A stretch of DNA of 64,000 nt from Octopus sinensis. Taxonomy: Eukaryota. The DNA lies in the NCBI RefSeq assembly GCF_006345805.1, contig NC_043001.1, positions 97,960,001 through 98,024,000 of the forward strand, written 5' to 3'. The translations under genes were made by a program, and so were the position numbers. Below the pieces are notes generated by a model, which saw only the letters and a program-made list of their open reading frames with translations, did not search any database and was not told where the DNA came from. Shown here in pieces: positions 37,340 to 51,205 of this stretch (within the stretch, counting starts at the first letter, position 1; each line of letters starts with the position of its first letter).

Positions 37340-38320
37340 TCTTTGAATAACCACACACAGACGTCTTTTCTTGTATTTCCATTTCTCTTCTCTCTCTATG
37401 TCACTCCTTTGTGTTCCCTCTTTTACGGTACGTCGCCAATCTCCACGGTTGGTAATATTGATGTTGCAGGCATTCATGTCCCTTTTGCAAACATCCTTGT
37501 ATCGTAAGAACGGTCTTCCCACAGACCTAGTGCCCCTGGCAAGCTCTCCGTTGAGTATGTCCTTGGGGATTCTACCATATTCCATACGGCTAACAAGTCC
37601 AAGCCATCTCATACGTCTTTGTGTGAGGAGTGCAAAGATGCTTGGTATTCCTGCTTGCTTGAGGACATATTTGTTGGGGACATGATTCTGCCATTTGATG
37701 CGAAGGATTTTCCGGAGGCAGCGCAGGTGAAAGATATTTAGGCGACGCTCTTGGCGTGTGTATGGCGTGTGTATAGCGTCCAAGTCTCACTTCCATACAG
37801 TAGAGTGCTAAGTACACATGCCTGGTAAATCTTCATTTTTGTGGTCTTGGTCGGTTTATTGTTGTCCCATGCCCGTTTGGAGAATTGGGCCATCACAGCA
37901 GCTGCCTTGCCAATGCGTATATTGAGCTTAGCATCAAGGGATAGGTTGTAGGTGACGGTAGAGCAAAGATAGGTAAACTTCTCCACCTCCTGTAGTCTGT
38001 GTTCTCCAATATGTATGTTTGGGATGTCCGATGTAACCTGACCCATGATGTTGGCCTTCTTGAGGCTGATAACTAAGCCAAAGTTGCCACATGCTTGCTC
38101 AAAGCAGTTGATGAGCCTTTGTAGGGCTTCTTCTGTGTGTGATACCAGAGCAGCAGCATCAGCAAATACCATCTCCTTCATCAGGACGCTTCCGATTTTG
38201 GTCTTGGCACGCAGACGCGAGAGATTGAACAGTTTCCCATCACTTCTACTGTGCAGAAACACTCCAACATCTGATGTCTCAAATGCATGTGACAGCAGCA
38301 GCGAGAAGATGCCAAGTAGG
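37340..38320 (-). mobile_element. 5'-truncated RTE-clade (BovB-like) LINE, RT C-terminal half, frameshifted
   Basis: FLHSRSDGKLFNLSRLRAKTK...FADAAAL...FTYL.S...LSTLLYGSETW; FHLRCLRKILRIKWQ...RRMRWLG..SRM..GRIPKDIL.GEL..G.R..GRP.LRYKD; 11-bp duplication ggcgtgtgtat x2 (~37752-37773) shifts the frame. Confidence 0.9.
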
Positions 38321-39261
38321 TGTTTATATCATATTTCTTTTCGGTGTAGGTAGCTTGCTGGGTAACTGCTTTGCACAGGAATAGGATTAGTTGTTTTATT
38401 ATATATCCGAGTATTTCTTTATCCACTTCACGTAATCATTCAAGGGTCCTTCATTTCTTTATTTTGATCCGTTAGAATGTCTTTAGCTAGTTCACTAGCT
38501 AATCCTTGTTTCCTTGGGTTACAGAAATATACTTCTTGTTTCTTAGTTTAATGTTACTGATTTATACTCTCAATATTTAGGGGAAATATTCACTGTTCAA
38601 AAATCAATACCCCTTTAATGTTACTACAACTTTACTCACTCTTATCTGTTGTGTTGTTTGTGTGTATATAATCTTCGATGTGTGAATAATGAGGAAAAGG
38701 TAACCATGGAATATTAAACCTGGATTTAGAAAAATTTGGAATACATAGATTTCTGCAATTAATAATATCAGTGGTTTCCAAATTTACATGTTGTGTAATT
38801 GCTTGGAATAACATTTAGAATATTGAATTAAATATTCGATGATAGTGGACCACTGATGTAAAATCCCGGAAGCTATTTATCAGATCGGAAACATCAATAG
38901 AGATACGGACCTAAGCGGAAAACAAAAAGTAGTGGCTTACGATTTCAACCAATTATCCATTGAATATTGCAGCATATCTCTTAGACGGTCTCTGCAAACA
39001 ATCAAGAATTGATGTGTGTTAATTGGTCGTTTCAATATTTATGACTAGGAAATGATCACTTAGGAATGTTGTCTATGACTGATTATCGAAGAAGCATTTG
39101 TAGAGGAGCAAGGCGAATAGACAAGACAGTAGTGAGGAAAAGGCTTTCTACCTATGAGCAGAAGCCCATCTACAAATATGTTGTCATAAAACATCTGATT
39201 AAAAATATTTAAGTAAAGCAGTGTTCCATCTTCAAACAATAACCGCTATATTAGCCCTCAC

Positions 39262-40231
39262 AAAGCGGCGAGCTGGAAGAAACTTTAGCGCGCCGGACGA
39301 AATGCTTAGCGGTATTTCGTCTGCGTTACGTTGTGAGTTCAAATTCCGCCGAGGTCGACTTTGCCTTTCATCCTTTCGGGGTCGATAAATTAAGTACCAG
39401 TTACGCACTGGGGTCGATGTAATCGACTTAATACCTATGTCTGTCCTTGTTTGTCCCCTCTGTGTTTAGCCCCTTGTGGGTAATAAAGAAATAGGTATTT
39501 CGTCTGCGTTACGTTGTGAGTTCAAATTCCGCCGAGGTCGATTTTGCCTTTCATCCTTTCGGGGTCGACAAATTAAGTACCAGTTACGCACTGGGGTCGA
39601 TGTAATCGACTTAATACCTATGTCTGTCCTTGTTTGTCCCCTCTGTGTTTAGCCCCTTGTGGGTAATAAAGAAATAGGTATTTCGTCTGTCGTTACGTTC
39701 TTAGTTCAAATCCGCCGAGTTCGACTTTGCCTTTCATCCTTTCGGGGTCGATTAAATAAGTACCAGTTACGCACCGGGGTCGATGTAATCGACTTAATCC
39801 GTTTGTCTTTGATCTTTTCCTTTTGAACGGCAGTTTTCAACACAATTTCTAGTTAACTAAACACATTTAAACTTCGTATACTGGTAGAATGTGTTTATAA
39901 AACATCATTTTTTCTTGGCTTTATTGAGAAAATTCTATATATGGTGTAACATATTTCCACTTTAAAATCGAGCATTTCGGCAATTTTAACCAATGAAATA
40001 CGTCCATTTGGGGTGAAAACATACCGTGCTGTATGAATATGCAGTTAGGTATTTCGTCTGTCGTTACGTTCTAAGTTCAAATTCTGCCGAGGTCGACTTT
40101 GCCTTTCATCCTTTCGGGGTCGATAAATAAAGCACCAGTTACGCATTGGGTTCGATATAATCGACTTAATCCGTCTGTCTGTCCTTGTTTGTCCCCTCTA
40201 TTTTTAGCCCCTTGTGGGTAGTAAAGAAATA
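39262..40231 (+). mobile_element. Family A SINE four-unit array with 24-bp TSD and a 237-bp foreign segment
   Basis: aataaccgctatattagccctcac at 39238-39261 and 40232-40255; unrelated sequence at 39809-40045. Confidence 0.9.
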
Positions 40232-40994
40232 AATAACCGCTATATTAGCCCTCACTTAATAGGATTTCCCCTTATAATTTTAGCATAACAATATATCAGA
40301 TGCACAAAAAGAGTTGGCATGTAGGAATGGCACTAAGCTGTAACGATTTGTGCAAGCTCTGAGAAATTAACATCGAAGTTCTAAAGGGTGTCCGCATTAT
40401 AAAATCTACCTATGAGATATTAAGTATATTATATAAAAGACAGTATATTAAAATTCTTAGAATTGAGAGAGCTGAACTTCAATATATAGCAATTTACAAA
40501 AATATGAACGGCGTGTTCACTCTTAATATAAAGATGTAATTTTGTAGGCTGCATGGATTCAATGGGGAATATCGCTTGTGGCCGGGCGAGGCGGGCTCGG
40601 ATCCCGCCTTGGTCTTGAATGAAGCGTAGGGGATGGTGGAGTATACGGGCACAAGCGATGTCGGGGAGGAATAATGACAAGAGGTTGAAAAGCCTCAGTG
40701 TTATAAAGTTTATTATGTTTATTGCATGTTATTGTGTTTAAGAGGCTTAACGACCCAATTTTTAAATGGATTATTAGTCCCAAAATTGTGAAACTGAAGT
40801 AAGAGGTTCATTACCTCGTTTTGTCTTTTTCTGTAAAAAAAGAAGTGAATAATGTTTTAGAGAAGCAAAGGTTCGGCGAGTGTTTTTTGTCTTCTCCCAT
40901 TAAATATCATCCTTATCATCATTTACCTCATCAATATCTTTGTCCAACACGCAAGCTACTCTGTATAATGCCTTTATCGCAACATTTTTGAAAT

Positions 40995-41385
40995 AAAGTA
41001 GCTTGCTTACCAACCACATGGTTCCGGGTTCGGTCCCACCGCGTGGCACCTTGGGCAAGTGTCTACTTCTATAGACTCGGCCGACCAACGCCTTGTGAGT
41101 GGATTTGGTAGACGGAAACTGAAAGAAGACCGTCGTGTATATATATATATATGGGGGGGGGCGTGTGTATGTATGTGTGTCTGTGTTTGCCCCCCCCCCA
41201 ACATCGCTTGACAACCGATCCTGGTGTGTTTACGTCCCGTAATTTAGCGGTTCTGGCAAGAGAGACCGATAGAATAAGTATTAGGCTTACAAAAAGTAAG
41301 TCCTGAGGTCGATTTGCTCGACTAAAAGCAGTGCTCCAGCATGGCCTCAGCCAAATGACTGAAACAGATAAAAGAATAAAGAATA
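40995..41385 (+). mobile_element. tRNA-derived SINE, family C, with internal (TA)/(TG) microsatellite
   Basis: ggttccgggttcggtcccaccgcgtggcaccttgggcaag...; internal microsatellite; tail aaaagaataaagaata. Confidence 0.85.
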
Positions 41386-42754
41386 TATATATATATATAT
41401 AAGTGTGTGAGCGTGTGTGTATGTGTATTTAAGTATGTTACTATGTAACGTCAGTTACTTGTAAATGCTTTTGTCTGAACCTCTGAAATGTATTTGATAC
41501 CGGAAGTAGAACGTAAGTATTTAGATTATATTTCCCCCGAAACTCACCTACCGAGAAATGGATTTTACAATTACTGTAATGTTGGCGTTGTCATTCAACC
41601 GCAGTTTTATTATCTAGATTAGAAACTTTGGTAAACGACAACAGCTACAGCACTTTCGTTTTGTAGTCAAATTCATTTGCACCACGAACCAGGGGCACTA
41701 CGTAATATAAAAGATATATCACGGTTGAATCCCTTTGAATGTGAGTCAAATCGATTTAAGGCTGACTTGGGGGTCAAAAATGTAGATTAACAACAACGAA
41801 GTGTGCATTTGCCGAAAGGAATATCCTTTGTATAGTCGCACAGGAATGGGATCTTCCTTCACCCATACCTTATTCCCATTAAATGATTAAAATCACATTC
41901 TTTCTTGGGTAATGTGCTATCAGTTAGCTATTAGATGATATTGCACAAATATAAATATTGGATGGTATACGAAATTGCTTTTTATTATAGGTGAGTTCTG
42001 TCAGTGTTGATTTGGAGCTAATCAACAACAATAAAGAACAACTATCAGCAACAAAAACAACAACAACAACAACAACAGTAACAGAATTATTTACGTCCGA
42101 GATAGATATTTAAGTGTCTCGGTCATGAGCATAATGTAGAACGAGATTACGAGCATCAATATTTCAACTATTAATCCGACAGGATATTGACACGTAAATA
42201 AATGTAGACCTTTATAGATAGAAGAGCATTTATAGATAACGCCATGATGCTTGAGAACATATATTCTCATAAATTTAAATTGGTGTTAATGTACGAGTTC
42301 AGTTGTATGTGTAACAGCAAGATAGAACATCCGTTAAATCACCGAAAGGAACTTTCTCATAAATACACACATATGCTTTCTAAATATTGAACGTAACGTG
42401 CTACTGAGATTATTTCTACATGGTCTATGTACCTGTATGAAACAAGAGATAAATTCCCTGAATCACACACTGCGGTCCGAAATAGAGGCCATGTGGTCAC
42501 ATTGTCAGATAGCGTAGTGTAGACCTACATATTTTTAAACGCTTTTCAACGCCCGTGACTAAGTGCGTGTTCGATTAGAAAGGACCGAGAAATATGAAGA
42601 TTATGAAATAGCAAAGACATAAGCCACACACGTGCAGCATTTTGAGATGCTAAAATACGCAGCCTGCAATATACATACACACTCACTTCACACTAGATTT
42701 ACTTGTACATTTGACTTAACGTCTTAACAGCCGCAAAGTTCGTCATATATTGTA

Positions 42755-43012
42755 ACTAAATAAATGCTCCCTTTTAAAATCTAGCCAGGCTCATAGGCCC
42801 GGTTTCCCGGTGTCTATGGTGTATGTGGTCACCAGATGGACGGGACGCCAGTCCATCGCAGCGTTACTCATTTTTGCCAGCTGAGTGGACTGGAGCAACG
42901 TGAAATGAAGTGTTTTGCTCAAGCACACAACGCGTCGCCTGGTCCAAGAATCGAAACCACAATCTTACGATCATGATGCTGATACACTAACCACTAAGAC
43001 ACGCGCTGCCAC
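42755..43012 (-). mobile_element. tRNA-derived SINE, family E
   Basis: Reverse complement of 62306-62568 (ttgctccagtccactcagctggcaaaa; gatggactggcgtcccgtc). Confidence 0.85.
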
Positions 43013-43880
43013 TCGTCGTATATTGTGGTGTCTGAAAATAAATTGAGACGAACGTGTATGGAACGTCTTTGGTTAAAGACTTGTTCACTCAACAGAAATC
43101 TCAGTTAAATACAAACACCACCCTAACAACGCATGCTCATGGATTTATATATTCGCAGTTAAAAATATAACTGTTTAGTGTAGGTTGTCACCGAATAAGT
43201 AACGTCTCTCTACTTCTCTGTAGCTATGTATATGTGTATGTATACACGTACGAGAGAGTTTTGAAAGATTACTAGCATTGGGTGAAAGAAAATAATGGCG
43301 GAGCAGTTAATCATGGTTTTTATTCAACATATTAATGAACTGTTTAATCAAGCTTCTCAATTGGCTGAAATTCCTTTCACGATTTGAGAAAGAGTATGTG
43401 TCAATACTTATAACTGTAAGATATTGTCTCAGAAAAAGGGAAGGTTTTCGAAATCACAATAAATTTAACAATTTATTTGTGGAAAATGTGAATATTGAAA
43501 AGTGGATAGTCACGATAATATTTCACTCTTATTTGACTTCATCAGCATAGCATAGTTTATTACAGATTGCTTTGTGGAAATTTTCATTTATAATTAGATA
43601 TTACAATGTTGTCAGACGTAGTTTGCATAGTGATAAATTTAGATAAGGAAATAATGCTTGGGTTAAAATCATAAATATAGTCAAATAAGTTACACGACAA
43701 TTTTCCTGACTGCTATGCATTCGATCATAGCTGTTAACGTCCATAATGATTTGCGTCTTACTATATCACATTTTTGATTCTTCTCTGAGCGGGTAAATTT
43801 TTTTAGTTATATATAGTGTTTGCTGTTATTCTCTTAATATAAACAGTAAGGGTTTATTTTCTGTCACTATGAGGAACACT

Positions 43881-44166
43881 GTGGAGGCACGTGGCCTAGT
43901 GGTAAGAACAGCGGACTCGCGGGTTCGAATCTCAGACCGGGCAGTGTGTGTTTATGAACTTAATATCTAAGCTCCACGCAGCTCCAGCAGAAGGTAATGG
44001 CGAACTTCTACTGACTCTTTCACCACAACTTTCTCTCACTCTTTCCTCCTACATCTCACCTGCGATGGGCCGAGGAGAACCTATACGTCAAGGAAACCTG
44101 GAAGCCGACCCTTATGAGCCAGGCGTGGCTCGAGAAGGAACAAAGAATAAGGAACATTTGAACAAC
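43881..44166 (+). mobile_element. SINE related to family B (same head, different tail)
   Basis: gtggaggcacgtggcctagtggtaag...gggttcgaatctcagacc...ctaagctccacg; 3' end ccttatgagccaggcgtggctcgagaaggaac. Confidence 0.75.
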
Positions 44167-45617
44167 GAGAATTTTTACATAGATTTTTTTTTCTGTACAT
44201 CAGCTCTTGGCATGTTACACCTATATTTATATTATTACTGCAGCTGAGTTAATACATTATCTCATTTGTTATATCTTTAAATATATTTTATAAAATCAAA
44301 GAATATAATTCCTCTAAATGATTGGTACAATTTCCAAGAACAATCGTACAAATTCAATTACGTACTATATTGCTTAATAAATATTGAAACGAGCGCATTT
44401 CTCAAACTTCCGAATTGTTGATGTCCGCAAACTGATTTTTGTTGTTCTAAAAAGTAGTATTTTTAAGCTGCATGAACACATATTTATGCCATAAGATTAT
44501 ATTGTTAGTACTCTTCTTTTTGGCAGAAAATAAATATCTGTAGATTAATTTCTGATTAATTTCACTAAAGCTGACAGTTTGAAACCTTTCTAGAGTTGAC
44601 ATTTAACCCTATAGAGACACTGTTTTATTTGGATAAGCTTTCTTGAGTAGCCAAGGCCACTTTCAGTGATACACAAAATGACAGGTGGACACCTGATCGA
44701 TAATGTAGATATTTGTGAAAACGAATTCTCTTGAATTGTGGCTAAAAATAAAACTATAACTTTCAGGCAAAAGTTCAAAAATAGTGTATATAATGAAAAC
44801 AAATAACCACTTTTTTATATGACCTATCGCAGAACCATTTGTCTCCATATTTAAAGAGTTAAGTTAAATGAGGTTAAAGCGAATGACTACGACTTGTTTG
44901 AATAGAAGATTGTATTTTGACTTACGACTAGCATAATTTTCAAGGAAATGACAAGGTTAGCGAGTATGTTCAAAACAGGAATTGCCAATAGCAATATTAC
45001 ACAAAAGCATTCCGTGGGAGCAGCTAAGTGTTTCATATTGACATAACCTGTCCACTACTAACAAAAGTGTTTGATTCCTGAGACCTGAAAGAAAATATAA
45101 GCGATTTCAAAACAACGCCGTGTGTTAAAACAAACACAACAACAATTTTATGCAAAGAAATATACATATATCATTTTGCTAAGTATAAATAAACGAAACT
45201 TATGGTTCATTTGCGTGCTTTTCTCGAATAAATAAATAAATAAATCTCGTAGAGTAAGCTGGTGGAATTTTCTATTATAAATTTTGTTTATCGATGTTAT
45301 TGTCAGTAAATTGAAATGTATATAATAAAATATCTGTGGTTCAGACAACAATAAGACAGAAACATACTACGGTGGTTCATGCTGTGTGTTCTTCAATCTG
45401 TCAGAAATAATGTAAGAGACCGTACTGCAATTAGATATATTTTTACTATACTCATCATATAAAATACTTGTGTTTTTGACAAAGAAAGCAACGCACCAAG
45501 CCGTACTAGGATGTACTTTAACTTAGTACATTACCATAAAGCTGCAAACGAGTTATGAGACACCTATGTAGACATGTCTGAGTAAATTATATTTGTAATT
45601 TTCTATGCATAAAAAAA

Positions 45618-46350
45618 GCTAGCGAACTGGCAGAAACGTTGGCACGCCGGGTGAAATGCGTAGCCGTATTTCGTCTGCCGCTACGTTCTGAGTTCAAACT
45701 CCACCGACGCCGACTTTGCCTTTCATCCTTTCGGGGTCGATTAAATAAGTACCAGTTATGTCCTGGGGTCGACGTTATCGACTTAATCCTTTTGTCTGTC
45801 CTTGTTTGTCCTCTCTGTGTTTAGTCCCATGTGGGTAGTAAAGAAATAGATATTTCATCTGCCGCTACGTTCTAAGTTCAAATTCCGCCGAGCTCAACTT
45901 TGCCTTTCATCCTTTCGGGGTCGATTAAGTAAGTACCAGTTACGTACTGGGGTCGATATAATCGACTTAATCTGTTTTTCTGTCCCTGTCTGTCCCCTCT
46001 GTGTGTAGCCCCTAGAGGGCAGTAAAGAAATAGGTATTTCGTCTGTCTTAACGCTGATGTCGATTATGCCTTTCCTCCTTTCAGGAGCGATAAATTAAGC
46101 ACCAGTTGCGTACTGGGACCGATCTAATCGACTTCTCCTCCCTAAAAATTTCGGGCCTTGTGCCTAGAGTAGAAAAGATTTGTTAGCACGCTGGGCAAAT
46201 TACTTAACGTCATTTCTTCCCGCATTATTTTCCGAGTTCCAATTCCGCTGAGGTCGTCTTGTTCACTTTATCCCTTTGGCTCGATAAAATAAGTCCTATA
46301 TATACTTAAACTGTAGCTGGCCTTGTGTCAACATTTGAAACCAGCATTAT
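45618..46350 (+). mobile_element. Family A SINE array (two full units + partial) and an adjacent older copy
   Basis: Head and repeated units as at 39.3 kb. Confidence 0.85.
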
Positions 46351-47355
46351 TTGAGAATCGAAAAGCAGACAGTAAACATAAAGCAATGTTAGGTTTATCT
46401 CCACACCATATATTTACATTAGAAGCTGCAAAACAGTCAATATACATAGCAGAAACTATAAAATGATGCTCAATTTTATGATGCAATTATACATGTAAAA
46501 GCAACTCGTAAGTTATAAATTAATATAATAGAGACAGATTAAAAATTCTGATTTGACCCCCATTTGAATTTCAGATAAACAAGATTAATTGAACTTTACT
46601 TATTAAATTTCCTAATTGCTCTTTAAATTGATTTGTTTCCAGAGTATTCCGAATTTGGTCAGAGAGGACCATGCACATTCTTCTAATGAATGTATATAAC
46701 TGTTTGTTGCATGCATTTAGCTTTAACGCTAAAATACTCACTCTGATAAATCTAGTGATTACCGGCTTCACTTTTTTTCTTTCTTTCCGTTCTTTCCCTC
46801 TCTCTCTCTCTCTCTCTCTCTCATTCCATATATGTATTTGCATATACATGTTTGTGTGGTATGTATAAGTCTGTGTGTAAGGGCGGTCTCTGTCAATCTG
46901 TACGTCATATTATGTACGTGATGTGTGTCTGATTATATTTCAGTGTGTATTTTTGAACTTACAACCAAAGGAAATACAAGCAGTACACAAAGTAAATTCT
47001 ATATATAGTATTCAAAGTTCACGCTTCTTAAATAGATTGAACGATTTTCACGCTACCGTTTATTAACACCATCAAACAAAAGGAATGAAGATGCTAATAC
47101 GTACGCAAATATATTTGCAAAGGTCCAAATAGGATTAGTTGTAGAGATCTGATTGGCTACCAATAAATATTCAGAAAAGTTTCTAGTCGAACCAACAAAC
47201 TCCAGTATTTAGTTGTTAAACAGGTACGTTTGCTGAACCACTATGTTGTGAGAATGTAAATAAAATACTAATACCACAGTTGTACACACACACACACACA
47301 TATATATATATACATATATGTATGAATGTATATATATATATACATATATGTATGA

Positions 47356-47394
<39 letters not shown>

Positions 47395-47407
47395 TGTATG
47401 AATGTAG

Positions 47408-47440
<33 letters not shown>

Positions 47441-47569
47441 ATATATGAAAAAGAAGAACGAAAATGCTACGTTTTTAAAAATTAGGTACATTTAAATTTC
47501 TTTATATAAATACATTAAAAATATGTTTTTGCTTAATATGTTTCAGGGAGATTCAGCATAACATTGAGT

Positions 47570-47790
47570 GTGATGTGGCTGGCCATTTGAAAAGCAGGTA
47601 CAATTCATTTTTCCAGCTGAGTATATAATAACAGGGTGGATGCTTCTTAGTTTCTGTCTATCAAATCCACACACATGACCTTGGCCAGACAGAGCTTATA
47701 GTAGAGTATCCTTTCCCAGGTGTCGTGCAGTGTGACTGAACCCAGAACAATTTGCTTGGGAAGCAAATTTCTTGCCACTCACACTCGTGC
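47570..47790 (-). mobile_element. Decayed family C SINE
   Basis: ttagtttctgtctatcaaatccacacac...gactgaaccc resembles the reverse complement of the family C head and body. Confidence 0.55.
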
Positions 47791-49409
47791 CGAATATCAT
47801 AGAATACATACAAGAAATGAAGGTAGCTATTATTAAATCACTTTTGCTGTTGATAACCGGGAGATTGTTTTGTTAGTTTTCATTATATGAATTTTTTTCA
47901 GGCTATGAAATTATGTGGTAAACAGTTGCAGAAGTTGGTAGTTATAACGTTTTCAGTAATCATTTATGGAAATTCTTGCGAGCATCCTCCGTTTCCTGGC
48001 TGTAGTTTATAATTGTAGAAGCTATTGTAAAAACTATCTCCAAGTAATAAGAAAAAAATGTCACAATTCTTGTAGATATTAGTGCAGAAGTACTCCTTTT
48101 GTTTAATTAATAAATGGGTTTTAATTCTTCGTGCCATCATCTTTTAGTCTCCACGAATATTTAGATAAAAAGATAACGAGACGTCTTTTATCGTATGTGA
48201 ATTCATAAATATATTGCAAGGAAATTTTCAAAAGAATATAAGCAGTCCTGTATTGCTTTTTACATTCAGTGTAAATGTAATTCGATGAATTAATTCTTCA
48301 GAAAAGCACGTGTCTTTGAGAAGTAGATATTGCAATTGCAATCACAAAGTGGAGAATTGTTCTATTTGTTCATATGGGAAACCTTTCTATTTTCACTAGA
48401 TATGAATGCAGAGAATTCCTTGGTACAACTATAGTTCACCTTAACGTTATTTCTATTAAATTAGTTGTGATATCTAAGGTATACAGGGAACCGATAATGT
48501 ATGCGCTTCAGGAAAATCTCAGTAAATTTTGAAGCAACACAAATGATTGTATGGTTGTATCGTAAGATATTTCCTTTCTTCTAATTCCATTAAACAAAAA
48601 TTAGTCCTGTTCTGCACATAATGTATTCTTATATTAATCACTTACATTCCTATGTGTGCAATAATAATGTGCAGTATGGTTAAATAATTACGATAAGCTG
48701 CATATGCAATTACTAATGATATTAATTATTAGTGTTTAGTCGCAATTAATATTTATGTTCATTGAGTCACCGTTAGGAATACTAAAGGACTAGTTTAGTG
48801 TGATAACTAAGTACTTAAATATTAATATATTCAATATATTGTAATTTTTTGGATAGATAGACGAAATACTTCCTAGAATATCCATTGTATGAACATCCAT
48901 ACTTTGCAAGACGAACAGCCTATCAATGCACGAGTTCTGTCGAAAGTAAAACAAAGTGGGTTAATCCGATCAATACATCGTCACCGATATTGGTGACATT
49001 TGGGTCAAGAAAATTATTTCGCATTAAATTCAACCCACAAATAATTCAGGTGAAGGAGTAAAAGAGTTTCAGCGTAAATAATCTGTTTTAAATTTAGGCA
49101 CAGAAATACTTGACAAGTATTTTAATCTATTGGCTTTGGAAGGGTGAAAGAAAAGTCAGCCTCAGCGGAGTTTGGAACTCAAAACGGGAAATGACAAAAC
49201 ATATAAAGTAAAGCATTTTATCTAACATTTCGAAACATTATTCCGATTCACACCATTTTCTTGCACGCATAATTTCGGTAGAAGGCCACCAAATTTGACG
49301 AAAGAGGCAGTACGACTGCATCGAATCCAGTGTTAACTGGTACTTACTTTGTCGATACAAAAAACAATGAAAGTCAGAGGTGACCACGGTAGAATTTAAG
49401 CAGTATATA

Positions 49410-50556
49410 TTAAGTTGGCAACTAGGTCCCCTCCGTTTTGTTTAAATTTCGGAATTTATTGCGTTTTTAAATCTGGGAATCTATTTTTTTCGAGAATTCT
49501 ACTTTTGAATCATTTTGGAATCTATTTTGTTTTTGTTTTCTATTTAATTTAGTTAATTTTTGTTTATTTTCAGACAAATGAAATGTCAAGTTAAGAAAAA
49601 CGAGCATTTTCTACACACCCTTCTTTTTGCTTTTAATCAAAGTTCTAAGGCCGCAAAAGCTGTTCGCGACATTTGTGCTGTGTATGGAAGAAGTGCCATA
49701 GCTGAAAGAACCGCTCCTGATTGGTATGCCAAGTACAAAAATGGAAACTGTCACCGCAAATACGCACCTCGTTCCGGCCGTCCAGTTGAGTTCGACGAAG
49801 GGCGATTAAACCAACTTTGCACGAAAATTCTCGTCAAACGACAACGAAACTGGCAGACAAAATGGAATGCTCCAACACTACTATAGAGAAACATCTTCAC
49901 TCGATGGGAAAGGTTCAGAAGTATGGAGCATGGGTTCCGAATGCTTTAAGTGACAACAACAGAAGAAATCAATGAGCCAATATCTCCTCTGGTTTGCTTG
50001 CTCGTCAACGCTCAACTCATGGACACAAGCATATGGTGGGACTGGGAAGGCATTATCCATTACAAATTGCTTGAACGGCACCAAATGGTCAACGTGGAAC
50101 TCTATGTTCAACAGATGGAAAAACTCAACGCGGCTATTCAAGAGAAAAGACCTAATCGGTAGCATGGAGTTCTGCTGCACGGCAACGCCCGCCCTCATAT
50201 CGCCAATATAACAAAGGAAGCCATTCAAACGCATGATTGGGAAGTGCTGCCACAACCGCCGTACTCTCCTGATTTGGCACCAACGAATTTCCATCTTTTT
50301 TGATCTCTTTCAAATGCTATGAGCGGAGTTTCGTTCAATACTGACGCAGAATTAAGAGCTTGGTTGGATCAATTTTTCGAGTCGAAATCGGGTTATTTCT
50401 ACCAACAAGGCATTGGAAATCATGTTGAACGTTGGGAAGAAGTTTCAAACAACAATAGTGAATACATTATTGATTAATTAGTTGTTATTTTTATTAAACA
50501 TTTAAAAAAATTTAAGTTTAAAAAACAAACCGGCGGGAACATAGTTGCCAACCTCA
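49410..50556 (+). mobile_element. Mariner (DD34D-type) transposon, dead, internally deleted
   Basis: TA-flanked TIRs ttaagttggcaact.../...agttgccaacctca; peptides MKCQVKKNEHF...GRPVEFDE, WVPNAL, WWDWEGIIHY, LLHGNARPH, PYSPDLAPTNFHLF; the region with the first catalytic D (TGDEKW) is missing. Confidence 0.9.
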
Positions 50557-50559
50557 TAT

Positions 50560-51205
50560 AATAATAATATTGGTTTCAAACTTTAGTATAAGGCTAGTAA
50601 TACGAGTGCACGTCTGTTACTTAATTTATCGACTTTGAAAGGATGAAAGGCACAGTCGACCTCGGTACAATTTTAACTCAAATCGGAAATACGGACTAAA
50701 TGCTGTTAAACCTTTTTTGCTCGGCGTTCTAACGATTCTGCCAGCTCGTCGTCTTGGTGTACATAATTATTTCTAATCTAGAAACAAGGCCTTGATAGTT
50801 TTTGGAGGAAGGTGGCTAGTTGGTTACATCGACCCCAGTGCGTAACTGGTTCTTCTGTCATCAACCCCGAAATGATGAAAGGCAAAGTCGACCTCGGCGG
50901 AATTTGAACTCAGAACGTAGCGGCAGACAAAATACCTATTTCTTTACTACCCACAAGGGGCTAAACACAGAGAGGACAAACAAGGCCAGACAAACAGATT
51001 AAGTCGATTATATCGATCCCAGTGCGTAACTGGTACTTATTTAATCGACCCAGAAAGAATGAAAGGCAGTACGTAACTGGTACTTATTTAATCGACCCCG
51101 AAAGGATAAAAGGCAAAATCGACCTCGGCGGAATTTGAACTCAGACGAGTTCGGCAGACGATATACCGCCAAGCATTTCATCCGGCCTGGCAGCGCACCG
51201 CCTTC
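50560..51205 (-). mobile_element. Cluster of family A SINE copies and units
   Basis: Repeated B-box and unit motifs on the minus strand. Confidence 0.8.

Noticed and set aside
38330-38820. AT-rich stretch with short minus-strand ORFs next to the RTE fragment
   Set aside because: No recognisable protein motif in any frame I translated.
39311-40231. Regularly repeated ~180-bp units resembling a CRISPR array or satellite
   Set aside because: There are no unique spacers and no cas genes, the context is eukaryotic, and the units are SINE-derived and TSD-bounded.
43515-43555. Minus-strand ctgatga-agtc...gagt-gaaa
   Set aside because: Stem II is mismatched and there is no stem I; this is consistent with chance in AT-rich DNA.
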